From the NCBI GenBank assembly GCA_037447605.1, contig CM074805.1:3877361-3941360 (forward strand): a DNA stretch of 64,000 nt, in the 5' to 3' direction. Both the position numbers and the translations under genes were made by a program. The notes beneath the pieces were generated by a model, which saw only the letters and a program-made list of their open reading frames with translations, was not told where the DNA came from and searched no databases. Shown here piece by piece: positions 11,751 to 27,130 of this stretch (position 1 is the stretch's first letter; each line of letters starts with the position of its first letter). The stretch is from Zygnema circumcarinatum SAG 698-1b. Taxonomy: Eukaryota > Plantae > Zygnematophyceae.

Positions 11751-12666
11751 TTGATCGAGTCGAAGATGTTCTTATTGGCATTCCTCGTGCTTCACGGTCT
11801 TTTAGAAGTTTGCGCTGTCCGAGCCGAAAGGAGGGCTGGCGGAGGGGAGGGGAAGCCCAAGGGGGCCGCATGCTTCTGCTGATCCTGCAGCACCCTTGGT
11901 ACCCTTGGGACCATCCTTCAGTCGGCGCCTCCTAGAGGATGCAACACCATAGTCGCCGCACGCAAGGGCTTGCCCTGAAAGGCGAAGCAGGCAGCAGCAC
12001 AGGCGCTCTGGCGACGGCGTGTGAGCACTCATCATGGCGTCCGCACTATCTTTCGCGCAGGTGTTGGCGAAGCGTGATGCGAACGAGTGTGGGTGTGGGG
12101 GGGGGGGGGAGTCGCAGCTGTTGGAAATTACCCGACTTGGCTGCGCAAACTCACCTTCCAAATTTCAGATACGGTAGCACTGACAGGATGAATTCATTGC
12201 CTAACCCATAACTAGACCAATCCAGTATCATCCTCCTTCCCTTTTTTTAATTTACCCGCCTCATGTTCAGGGTACTCAAGATGGCGCCTGGTCCCGCTCG
12301 GGCTCTAATGGCCTTGAGCCTTGAGGTCCCCTCCTGCCAGCGCCATGGCCCCATGAGATGGTCGCCATGGCTGCATGCATGCAAGATGGCCCACCCACGA
12401 CAGCCGTCCGATCTCGACCCGGCAGATCCTGGCCGTCGGTGCTCCTCGTAGTTCTCCCGCACGACCTTGTCGGCCCTTCGGCACCCAAGATCGTCCCCGG
12501 CGAAACCGACACGCTCTACCGTCCGTACCACACGGCCCGACGGATCGTTCGGAGTCGCCCCCTCCTCCCTCCTCATATACGGCCGCGTCCGTACACGAGT
12601 TCGTACACGAGTTTGTACTTTTGTACGTTAATTTCGTACAGATTTGCCCGAAAAACGCGATCCCGA

Positions 12667-12759
12667 GTACTGTACAGTACAGCACGCACCGTACGGCAGT
12701 CCGTACGGTCAGTGTGCCCCCTCAGCAGGAGCACTCGCCTCCAGCCGGTGCCACGTGGC
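12667..12759. promoter_or_regulatory. GTAC-rich palindromes, tandem CCGTACGG and a G-box upstream of MNS3
   Basis: GTACTGTACAGTAC at 12667-12680, CCGTACGG at 12689 and 12701, and GCCACGTGGC at 12750-12759, all 150-240 bp upstream of the ATG at 12908. Confidence 0.45.
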
Positions 12760-12907
12760 GTTCCCTCCGCGAGCGGGCGGGAGGGAGGGAGGGAGGGAGG
12801 GAGGGAGGGAGGGAGGGAGGGAGGGAGGAAGGGAGCGAGGGAGCGAGCAGGCGCCGCCCCGGCGGATGGCGCAGCCCTAGCCCTATAGTAGAGTAGAGCG
12901 CGCGATC

Positions 12908-15900
12908 ATGGCGGGGCTGCTGCCCACTGCGCGGGGCGAGGCGGCCTACGACAACGCCAAGGCACGGCGGAAAGGCCGGCTTGCAAAGGTCAGGGGCCGG
13001 CTCTTCGCCTTTCACTACTGTCCAATGCGTTGACGGATGGTTTCAGGGCCCGCTGAACTCAGGGCATAAGCGTACAGGTCGACGTCGAGGCTAAGAGCAG
13101 CATTACTCGTCGAGTGGCTTTATTTAGGTTGTGGTCTATCTTGAGTTGTTTGTTTGTTTGTTTTTTTTTTTTTTTTTTAAGTAAGGTTTCTGGTTTACTG
13201 CAACGGAAGCCTGCAGCTTGAGTATTTAGGTACAGGGCTGTTTTCTGCCTCATATTGTAAGACAAGCGGAGGTTTTCGGATTTTCGACCCGGGACTGTTT
13301 TACTAGGAATATGGAAACATTGTAACCTATTAAGCTTAGCCGAGGGATGATACGGGTTGGAGGCATTTGGGCGCATGTTGAGCATAGTGATGCGCCTATC
13401 GAGACTATATATTTATATGTAGCGCATTTCAATGCTCAACATGAACCCGCATTGAAGTTAGCGGGAACTTTGATCGAACAAGAATTGTTCCAGGTTTACC
13501 AATATTGCCACATTGTTTTGAAGTGCTCAAGGAGAATATATCAACGCTTTGTGGCGGAAATTTCGACTCATAAAAACGTTCATTCATTTTACGTGATTGT
13601 TTTTTTTCTTTTTAGCGTCCTTGCTCTTGCCTACTGAGCATTGTAGGGTTTGAGGTTCGCCTAAACCTCCAGATTAACTAGCAACGAGAGGAGCCAGACT
13701 GAATGCTTTGTGCTTCACCTTCAGGTATTTTTGAAATGTAAATTTTCTATGGATAGTAGCGACGATGAGCTTTAGCATGGGATCTACCCATCGCCACCTG
13801 CTGGCGTCTCTGAACCCTGAGTTTTTTGGCTTCGCAGTTGTTCGTTATTTACAAGCGAAAGTATCCAATCCTCCGGCTCTGCAGCCCCACCTCCCTTCTC
13901 GCGGTATTTGGCATCTTCTGCTTCGTCTACGTGGTGACCGGCCACACGAGTGTGGGAGAGGCTTATAGGAACTCCAAGCATGGCATTGCCATCAATGAGA
14001 GAATATTAAGAGCACGTAATGGATCTGCTCTATTGAAGGGCCAGCCCTTGGAGAAGAAGTTTATAGAAAAAATTGAGGGGACTTCACCAAAGGTAGAAGA
14101 AGTTAACGCTGGAGGTCATGACTCGGCACTTACTTCTGATCCTGTAGAAAAGAAGGCGAAGAAAGAATCTGCCGTTAATGGCGAAAAAGTGATCCGGGGG
14201 GATCGGGAGAACTATGAAGACGATGAGTCTGACGCGAAGGTGAATGCGGAAGGAGGTTCGACGTTAGGTCTGACAGATCCTTTTGGAGATGATGTTGGCG
14301 AAATAGATAAGGACGGACAGGACATTATAGTTCAAGTAGACGAAGGGAAAAAGTCTGAAAAGAACAGAGGTAAAGCGAAATCAGTCGACAATTCCCCCGA
14401 GGGGGAGACTGGTAGTATGAAGGAAAAAGCAAACAAGCAGAGCGTTGAAGGAGGTGACTCAACGGACGGAGGTGATGCAGATGCTGGTGTGGGAGCGGAG
14501 GAAACTGAGGAATTCAAGAGTATAGACGAGTCTGAATCGAAAGTGAGTGTTTCCAACGTACGGCAGGAAGAGGGAGTAGGCGGGGATAGACAAGAGAAAG
14601 GAGGTAAGGGTGCAGATGAGCATGGCAGCAATAAAAAGAGGCAGCGACACTTGATTGGGGGTTCCGATTCAGATGAGGCAGACAGTGCAGACGGAGAGGT
14701 GCTAAGGGAAGGGGAAACGGGTGATGGGAGTGATGTTGAAGCTGAAGTGAGGCAACGCGAAGCAAAAAGTGATGGACGTAAAATTGGCGGCCATTTGAAT
14801 CTGCCTCGGCGTGATGAGCATTCACTTGAAGCGAGGAAACAGTTCGGAGATGTGCAAAATGCTGGCAATGTCTCTTTGGGCGATGGGAAAGGTATCCACC
14901 ATTTGAGGGATCCTCAGACTGTGGAACACAGAAAGATTGTGCCCAGGACGCACTGGGAGAGGCTGGAAGCAAGAAAAGGACATAATGTGCTGAATGTTCT
15001 AGACAAACTGCAGGTTAAAGACATGTTGAAAAACCATTCTAGGAAAGTTGAAGGAAAGGGTGCAGGGAGTGAGGGACATCATGAAACAGATAGACTAGTA
15101 CACAGTGATGCTAGCGATAGTTTGCTGCAAGGTGGGATAGATGGGGCTGTGAAGAAGGATAGTCCTCACGTTAATGCTGTAAATTTGGAAGGTATGGAAG
15201 GGCTTGATGTTAACGTAGAAGGGTTAGCAGACGAGAAGGACCGAACGGTGCATGACCCGCGGCTGTCAAAGGACCGGCAACAAGCTGTTGTTTCTGCCTT
15301 TAGACATGCGTGGAATGGGTACAAGAGCTATGCTATGGGGTTTGATGAGCTCAAACCAGTGAGCCGCAGTGGTGCGAACAACTTAGGGGGGCTTGGGGCT
15401 ACCATTATTGATGCTCTGGATACAGCCTTGATCATGGGCCAAGGCGAAATAGTTGAAGAAGCTGGGAAATGGGTCCAGAATGAGCTGCAATATCACATCG
15501 CGAATGCGGGACAGGTGAATTTGTTTGAAACAACTATCAGGATTTTGGGAGGCCTATTGAGTGCATTCTATTTGAGTGGAGGGAGGCCAACAGGTATGGT
15601 TGGGGGTTGGGAGCACCGGTGGGGCCCACTTCCAGAAGTGTACTTACAGCGAGCTCAAGACTTGGGAGACCGTCTCCTTGAAGCCTTCAAGCAGAGCAAG
15701 ACTGCGATTCCACTCTCCGATGTCGTACTCTCAAGCAGGTGGGGCCCTTGTACCTCCCTTCTTTGCTTTCAATGGGAGAGAAACCACTTCTGAGATTCAT
15801 TTCGGCAGTCATAGCACTGCTGGAGAGATTGGTCGGTACAAACAAAGTGACCCAAAATAGTAGCCCTTTCCTACATCTGAAACTGCCCCTTTGGCTCACA

Positions 15901-18334
15901 TGAGTGGATGGCAGATACCTCAGTCACCGTAATGACTCGAAAAGACAGATTTTGATTTTGTAAAGTGGGTCACTCTTCTTGCCTAAAGCGAACCCTTGCA
16001 GACTGAACCGAAGCTTCACCACATAACTCTTATGCCATGAGTAATCCCCCTTCTCCCTTCCCCTTCCGCCCTCTCCTCTGCAGGTCTGCCCGGTCTGCCG
16101 GCTTCAATGGCGGTGCGAGCAGCACTGCTGAGTGCACAACTGTGCAGTTGGAGTTCTTGGCTCTGAGCCGTGAAACTAACAACTCCCAATACGGCGAGGC
16201 GGCTATGCGCACTATGGAACACGTGCGGAGGCTTCCCAAGTTCCGAGGGCTTGTGCCCATCTTCATAGAGTGCGGAAGCTCACCCTCTTCAGCTACCTCT
16301 ACCTCTTCCTCCCCTTTCCTAACTTCCCCCAGACTGTCCCACTGCCTTCCTGCCCCGGGTGCACCCTCTCACAAGGACGGGTTGTCTTTGTTTGGGCGGC
16401 TTTCGCCGCATACTGTATCGTTTTAAAAGACCAGTGTCTTTTACTTTGGCAAGTGATGTGTGTATTTGCAGCATGGTTGGTGTTTTGGCCGTGTTCTCAC
16501 ATTTAACACCTTCAATCAAGAGCGATCTTTTGTTCCTGTTACAATTCCCCTCCGCCTGTGAGAGTTTGACTTGACGAGCATTCCTTGGTGCTCACTCTCT
16601 TTCCTTTCCATGCGGGTGCAGTCCAAACTCTGGGGAGTTCTATGGACAGGAGATTCGGTTGGGCTCGCGAGGGGACAGCTACTACGAGTATCTCCTAAAG
16701 GTGTGGCTACAGCAGGGCCGCTCTCCCTCCTTTCTGAGGACGCTCTATGACGAGGCAATGGAGGGAGTGAAGGCGCGTCTCGTTGCGAGGTCTGTTCCCA
16801 AGGGGTTGCTCTTCATCGGCGAACTGCCCTCCGGGGGAGAGGGGCATTTCCATCCCAAAATGGACCATCTTGTAAGTTTCCAATCCGCAATCTCTGCGCA
16901 GATGTTTGACGATTTTCTCCAGCTGGGCAATGAGAGAGAGTTGTCCCGTCATTTTGGCGATAAGTGAATTGGCATCTCTTCATGTTTGGCAAATTAGTTC
17001 AGCTCACGAACATGATGCTCCTTAGATGGAACTCACTACCAAACCAAACCAAACCAAACCAAACCAAATGCCGTTAAATATGTTTTGCAGCTGTGAATGC
17101 ACAATCTTTAGTTAAACTTGCCCGGATGCTCCCCTGCAGGTCTGCTTTCTGGGGGGCACCTTGGCGCTGGGGGTCACGGGGGGGCTGTCCCTTAAGCAGG
17201 CGGAAATGAAGCAGCCGCTGTCCAAGGAGGCAAGGGACACTTTGGAGCTCGCAAAGGACTTGACGCACACCTGTTTCGAGATGTACAACGTTACGGCCAC
17301 AGGCCTTGCTCCCGAAATCGCCTACTTCAGCACACACGTAAGGACGAAACTGCGAGCGGTTGCAGATGCCACATAGAACAGGTTCTCCGTTTTGGCTCAG
17401 GTTGTGTGTCGTGCTTTGATTGCATTCTCAGGGATGCTTGTGCTCGGACGCAGGGCCTTTTGTGTAAGGATCAAACAGGGAATGAGTCGTGGCTGTGTAA
17501 AAAAATCAACGTGATTAACTTTCACATTTAAGGTCTGTTAGGATGAGTTTCCTTTGCTCGTGCTTAGAAGGTTCAGAGGAAGAGTGTGGAGAACTTTCTG
17601 TCAATGGAATGCCTTCAGGATGCAACTGAAGCTGAATCGTTAGGGAAAGCAATGTCTATTTCCTATTCGTTGACCTTGTTTTGGTGCGTTTTTTTATGTG
17701 TAGATGGAGAGCAACAGTGACCACGGGACCCGTCCTGATGCTGAGTACAGGCAGGACATTGACATTCATCCCTTGGATCGTCACAACCTGCTGCGCCCAG
17801 AGACAGTGGAGTCCCTGTTCTACCTCTACCGCATCACTGGGGACAAAATGTGAGCCGCCCTGAGGGAGATTGTGTAGGGTTTAAGCATTTGGAGGTTTGA
17901 CTGTGACGTGCTGCCAAGTATGGAAGAAGGAATTGCATCTTTTGAACGAGTGGCGGTGTGCTGTTTTTTTTGTAAGTGACGTTCTTTGTGTATGGCATCT
18001 GCAGCTGTGATGTGATGGGCTGCTCACAGAAATTGAACCTTGATAGGGAGGAGGAGTTGGGCCTTCTTTCTTTCTTTGTGGCAGGTATCGCGACTGGGGA
18101 TGGCAAATTTTTGAAGCATTTGAGAATTACTCGCGAGTGGAAAGCGGAGGGTACTCCTCACTCAACGATGTGACGAGGGTGCCTCCGCCGATGAGGGACT
18201 CCATGGAGACCTTCTTCTTGGGAGAAACGCTCAAGTACTTGTACCTCTTGTTCGACGACAACAACCTCCTTCCACTCGACAAGTTTGTGTTCAACACGGA
18301 AGCGCACCCGTTTCCAATATTCGCAAAAGAATGA
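12908..18334 (+). CDS. MNS3: Class I alpha-1,2-mannosidase (GH47), MNS3 / ER-alpha-mannosidase I type, type II membrane protein
   Basis: Exons 12908-12988, 13838-15738, 16084-16269, 16622-16871, 17140-17337, 17704-17849 and 18085-18334, all phase-consistent. Exon 1 ([13 protein letters not shown]..) matches the MNS3 cytoplasmic tail; TM segment [16 protein letters not shown]47 motifs: [85 protein letters not shown]. Confidence 0.95.
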
Positions 18335-18838
18335 GATAAAGGGAGGCTACAATGTCTCAGCCAATGTCTGCATGCCACGTCTGGGCAAAGCTTATTAAGG
18401 CAGAGCTAAGCAGCACCCTTGTTGTTGTTGGTACTTGAAGCTCTCTAACAGCGAGCTGTCCGTACCCAATTACTACCAGTTAGGTTGAGAAATCGAACCT
18501 TTATTTTAGTTAATTGTTCAATGTTCAATTGAAAAATTAGAAAAAGTTACAGTTGAACGTTTGAACAGTCGGATCGAATGTTTTGAAACTTGAGAATTAT
18601 TTTAACAATATGAAAGAAAAAGTTCAAAAGCTCAATATTTTCGCTTGAACGTGTGGACTCCAAATTTTGCCACGTATGATTCAAGCAGTCTGAGGGATTC
18701 GCCGTACGAGTTTTTGCGCCAGATCAACTATCACCGTACGGTACGGATAGATTCCACGACCGTACCGAAGTTTTTGGAAACCAGAAATGGGTCCAGCGCT
18801 TGGCGATTTGCCAAAATCTCATTGTTGATGGGTGGATT

Positions 18839-18869
<31 letters not shown>

Positions 18870-18879
18870 NNNNNNNNNN

Positions 18880-18911
<32 letters not shown>

Positions 18912-20369
18912 TGACGCAGAAACTGTATTTTTTTTCGAACTACGGTTTTGAAATTTTATTTTTTCGAGAAGCCAAAATCTTTAGTTCCTTGTGTTCAACC
19001 TAAGTGGTAGCGGGGTACATCCTTCCCCCACTCCTCGCCGCGCCAAGGACTGTCCAATCCTTCTGCCCCAAACGCGGCCTTCACGTGCAGCACGTCCAAA
19101 GCGTGTGCTGTGCGCGAAGTCCTCCACACTTGCTGCCCAGTTTTGTGCCGGGTTGGTCCACTTGCCAATGGAGCATTTTCACATGCATGTGCACTTTGAC
19201 CCGCCATCAACAACTGCTAGCTAGAACAATGCATGGCAGCGCTTGTTCTTGAAAGTAGAACCTTGAAAGCCTACAGTTAGCGCTACTGCTTCAGTCGTCC
19301 TACGAACTTTTTCCCTTCTATGGGGGAAAGGCTGATTAGGATTATTTGGTGGCAGCCATGTTGGTCACTTATGCAATGTGTGTGCTTACCATTCGTTTGT
19401 CGCTTCTTTCCTTTGTCATATATTGCTCCACAAAAAAACGTAGTAGGTAAGTTCCATGTTGAAGGGCCCCGTCTGAAAAAGCACAAAGAAAAACACGATC
19501 TCGTGCTCTTCTGTTTTACGGCGGCGGATAACGGAATGGGAGTGGATAACAACGGAACGGGAGTGGATAACGGCCAGCCCGGCGCTGGAATTAATTCCGG
19601 AGAATCGCGATATTAAACGGAGGGAATATTCTCCCAAGATCTGCGCGCAACAACGCCCTTCCCCCCGGCATTGTGAGCGGGACGAAACCAGTCCGCTGGC
19701 CGTGTGAATGGGCCAAGACCTGCTTTCTAGCTGTGTGAGCGGGTCGAAACCAGCCCCCACTTCCCCTCAGCGCCGCAGCCACGAATTCGGCCTCCCACGC
19801 CCTCCCCCGCCGCAAGTCCTGTCACGTGGCACAACCTCCTTCCCTTACCGTCCGATTCCCACTCCACGCGTCCTTTCCACCGTCCGATTTCTCAGTACTA
19901 GTTATAGATTCACTTTACACGTGTAATGATTCCCCGTGATTCGTAAAGAATCCTCCAGCACGTGCGGGCCCTCCGCCGCATCATCCTCAGCCTCAAGCGC
20001 GATTCCTATCCGCCGAAATTCTTTTCCTGGGCTGCCCGAAGTTTCTTTTTTTTCGGGAGCGCTGCCCCGCTGAGCGCCGCGGACCACCAGAAGCGTCCTC
20101 AAGTTTTTTTGTTCACGCCAGCGTGGCATATTATCGACCGCCGGATCTGGAACCCACCCACATCGGACGGTCGAGGGTGCGCCTGATCGGATGGGCGCCT
20201 CCTTGCCACTTGTAGAACGGACGGCTCTCCGGACGCGGGGGCGTACGCCGGCGGCCCTTTATTTGGCGGAGGGCTAGGCAGGAGGGGCATTTGAAGCAGC
20301 AGCAACAAGCAGAAGCAGGAGCATTTTTGGACGCTGCAAGCACTCCTAGCAACCCTAGGAATATCAGAC

Positions 20370-22160
20370 ATGGCGTCCCTCGCTTTGAAGCAGGCGGTGA
20401 CCATCGGCAGCAGCGAGTTTGTCGGCGCTGCCGTGAGGAGCGCGGCTCCCGCCAAGGCTGTGCAGAATGTGTCTTTCACCATCCGCGCAGCTGGATACGA
20501 GGAGGAGCTCAGGAAGACCGCGGTCAGTGTGCTTGATGAGAAAGGGGGTTTTGGCGGGTTTGGTTGCTTGCGATTGATGTTAATGTTGAGGCTAGAGTTG
20601 TGAGCTGGGGGAAGGGAGCCTCACAGATCAAGATGTTTTGTTTCTGTGCAGAAAGCCATTGCCACCACTGGCCGCGGTATCCTGGCCATGGATGAGTCCA
20701 ACGCCACCTGCGGACTGAGGCTGGCTTCCATCGGCATGGAGAACACTGAGGCCAACCGTCAGGCATACCGCACTCTGCTCGTGGCCACCCCTGGCCTCGG
20801 CGAGTATGTCTCCGGCGCCATCCTCTTCGAGGAGACCCTTTTCCAGAACACCACCGACGGCAGGACCATGGTGGCTGCTCTCGCCGACAACAACATGATC
20901 CCCGGTATCAAGGTCGACAAGGTACATTCAACAATCCGTTCCAGATCCAATAGATTATAGGCGCATTCATGGAAATCGACTGTGAAAAGTTGTATTTTTT
21001 GTAAAACTTGGAACTCACTTGGATTCGTTCTGCAATCCGCAGGGTCTTGTGCCCCTTGCCGGCTCCAACGACGAGTCCTGGTGCCAGGGCTTGGACGGCC
21101 TTTCCTCCCGCTGCGCTTCCTACTACAAGCAGGGCGCTCGCTTCGCCAAGTGGTGAGTTTCCTTCAAGTCGCCAACCGGACGCACGCGTGCATTGGTACT
21201 GCTTGATGAGATAATGGCTCTAAAAGCATCTGACAGTTTTTGGCTCGAGTCTGCAGGCGCTCAGTTGTGAGCATCCCCAACGGCCCATCCGAGTTGGCTG
21301 TTACTGAATGCGCATGGGGACTTGCCCGATATGCCTCCATTGCACAGGTACTTCGACTAGTACATGGTGATTCATTAAGCTGAGAACAGCTCGTCTGCAG
21401 CATCTTAATTAATGGAGGGAACAGCTGGGACATTTGGGGATGACGGCACAGCTGATAGGGTTTCCGCTGTTTTGCAGGACAACGGACTTGTGCCCATTGT
21501 TGAGCCTGAGATCCTCCTGGACGGTTCCCACGGTATCGACAGGACCCTCGAGGTTGCCGAGAAGGTGTGGTCAAAGGTGTTCTACTTCCTCGCTGAGAAT
21601 AACGTTGTCTTCGAGGGCATCCTGTTGAAGCCTTCCATGGTTACCCCCGGTGCTGAGTGCAAGGACAGGGCCACCCCCGAGGTTGTTGCTGAGTACACTT
21701 TGAACCTCCTCAAGAGGCGTGTGCCCCCTGCCGTGCCCGGTATCATGGTAAGCGGCATCTTCTCCACTTCTCCTTCGCCGCTTCCGTTGCACGAAGCATG
21801 AACGCCGAACAGCAATCAGTGAAGAAGCTTGTTTGCCCGTGTTCTCGACCTAAGCTTGTCAACTGTTGTTTCGTTTTGCAGTTCCTGTCCGGCGGACAGT
21901 CCGAGGTCGAGGCCACCTTGAACTTGAACGCCATGAACCAGTCCCCCAACCCGTGGCACGTGTCTTTCTCCTACGCCCGTGCCCTCCAGAACACCGTGTT
22001 GAAGACATGGAAGGGACAGCCCGAGAACATTGAGGCTGCACAGAAGGCTCTCCTGATCCGTGCCAAGGCCAACTCCCTGGCCCAGCTCGGCAAGTACTCT
22101 GCTGAGGGCGAGGCTGAGGAGGCCAAGCAGGGCATGTTCGTCAAGGGATACTCTTACTAA
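20370..22160 (+). CDS. FBA: Plastid class I fructose-bisphosphate aldolase, 390 aa including transit peptide
   Basis: Exons 20370-20522, 20652-20921, 21043-21152, 21257-21347, 21478-21747 and 21882-22160. Motifs [46 protein letters not shown] and C-terminal MFVKGYSY; Ser/Ala-rich transit peptide. Confidence 0.97.
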
Positions 22161-23306
22161 GCGATAGCGTCAGGGCACTTCAGGCTGTGCTACACGTGTG
22201 TGTAGTCTTGTACAATGACTCTACTGCACGGATTGCAGCAGGCAGAAGATATATTTTTCGTAGGAGCGCGACTGGAATCTTTGCTTCTCCCGAACTGGGA
22301 GATAGAATATTGAGAAAATAGGTAGACCACTCAGTTAGGCCACAAAATGAAAAAAGTTTGTTTACTCCCACCTCAAGAAAGAGAACATTTCTCCGTACGT
22401 CGTGTTCTGTCTCTCTTGTCTCCGTCTGCTCTTTAAAAAAAAAAAAAAGCTTGCATGCTTCTCCTACAGCTCAGGCCTGTTTCAAGCATTAAAAATGTGA
22501 ATCCAACCCGCCGCATATGTGTTGAACTCATAATATTTTTGAAGCAGCAGCAACTGTACTTGATCAATGAGCTTTCAAGAGTGGAAGGGATGAGGCAGAT
22601 GAAATGGGAGTATGAAACCTAGCAGACAGCTCAATTGTCTCCTCTGTTACTCCCTTAGGTGTTTACTCAAATCGCGAAGGCCGTGCGACCAAATGGGGTG
22701 AGGGAGAGGAGGGCTGCCTGGGAGAGTGCGAGCCAATGCCTCCATGGCGAATCGAATGGGGAAGTGACGTTGTCCGACGTGGCTGCCACGTAGGCGAAAC
22801 TGAAATACTCCCCGGCATTGTATGTCCTCTCGGAGCGCGGCTCCGCCGTGACCGTGACCGCGGCGGACCAATACGCGAATGCCACGAGGCTGCGTTGTGC
22901 CACTTTGTCCCACACGACAACGGTTTATTATTCGCCACGTGACCGTGACCGACTGGTGGTGCAATTGTTGTTGAATTTCGGGCTTCATTTCTATGTGACG
23001 TGCCACCGAGGTGTTTGAGACAAAAAAAAAAGGATCACTCCAAAAGTTCGGAATAAAAAACTATTCAAAGCTAAAATCTACTAAAATTTCCTTCGTAGAA
23101 AACTCGGCTTTTCTCATTTACATGCGGATGCAAATTTGCAAAAAAGGAAAAAGAAAATCGTTACTTTCTTACAAATAAGACAGCGCATCAATTCCGAGCC
23201 GCGCACCTCGAATTGATTTAAGGCATTAAGAATGTCTGCACATATACAACGACCTAAAAAAAGAATGGCAGCCGGCCGTCTCCGGAAGCACGCGAGCATG
23301 ATGACG

Positions 23307-26227
<2,921 letters not shown>

Positions 26228-26908
26228 GTCGCAGCCCTTTCTTCCCCGCAGTCAGCGCTCCCTCTCCTCCCCTCGCCCTCTCCCTCTCTCCCTCTTGCCC
26301 ACTCTCCCTCTCTCCCTCTCTCCTTACACGGAAAGCAGAGCGAAGTTAGGGTTTCCAGCTTTCCCCTCCCTTGGCTCCAAATACAGGAACAGTACTCCGC
26401 AATTTGGACAAGACAAAACAGAAAAGGTTCTCTGCCACGATGGCATACGTGGACTGCCATGCTGGCACTTACGGGCCATCTGGACATGTCCGCGTGGCAG
26501 AATCCTGCACTCGCAAATCGACAGCTACAACAGGTGGGCCCCTCTCGGGTGTCAATCTTGAAAATCTTCCGTAAATCAAAGTTGAAAATCAGTACATTTT
26601 TTAGATAAAATGCTCTCATCAAAATACTAATTCTTATTTGACTTCAGTATACGGGAGAGAATCTCCCGTAGCGATTTTCCTGACGATGACAGCTCCTAGT
26701 GGCCTGCCATACCCAGCGTGTCAACCTTTTGAAATAGGGCGTCAAAATTTAATCGGAACCAGTATTCTAAAATCCACTATTTGATAGGTGTAACAGTCTG
26801 CAGTGTACTGCGTTTTCTTACCAGTTCCAATTGATGTCGCCTGCCCCCCGCCCGCTCTCCCGCGTCCCGGGGCCTCGCTCGCACGTGCGGCGACTTTCAG
26901 GTGCCCGC

Positions 26909-26916
26909 GCGCCAAA
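26909..26916 (-). promoter_or_regulatory. E2F-type site TTTGGCGC in the divergent RPN11/DEL promoter
   Basis: Exact match to the TTTSSCGS consensus ~215 bp upstream of the first ATG of the DEL gene. Confidence 0.4.
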
Positions 26917-27130
26917 CCCGCGAGTTTACTTTCCAGGACGGCTCGGCGACTCGTACAAAACCAATCCTGGACATGCATCGCACGTGTGAATCTCCACTCT
27001 GCCCGGAAGGTCTCTGAGGGAGGGAGGGAGGAGAGTGGAGGAGCGGAGAGGGGAGGGAGGAGAGAGGGGGGGAGAGAGGGCGGTTGAGGTTGACGGCTTG
27101 CATGGGGTGAAGGAGATGGCCTGTTGAAAT

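Noticed and set aside
18640-18909. Possible SINE ending in poly-A
   Set aside because: The poly-A spans an N gap, and I found no A/B boxes, TSD or second copy.
21257-21347. FBA exon 4 looks less GC3-rich than its neighbours
   Set aside because: With only 30 codons, the difference is within sampling noise.
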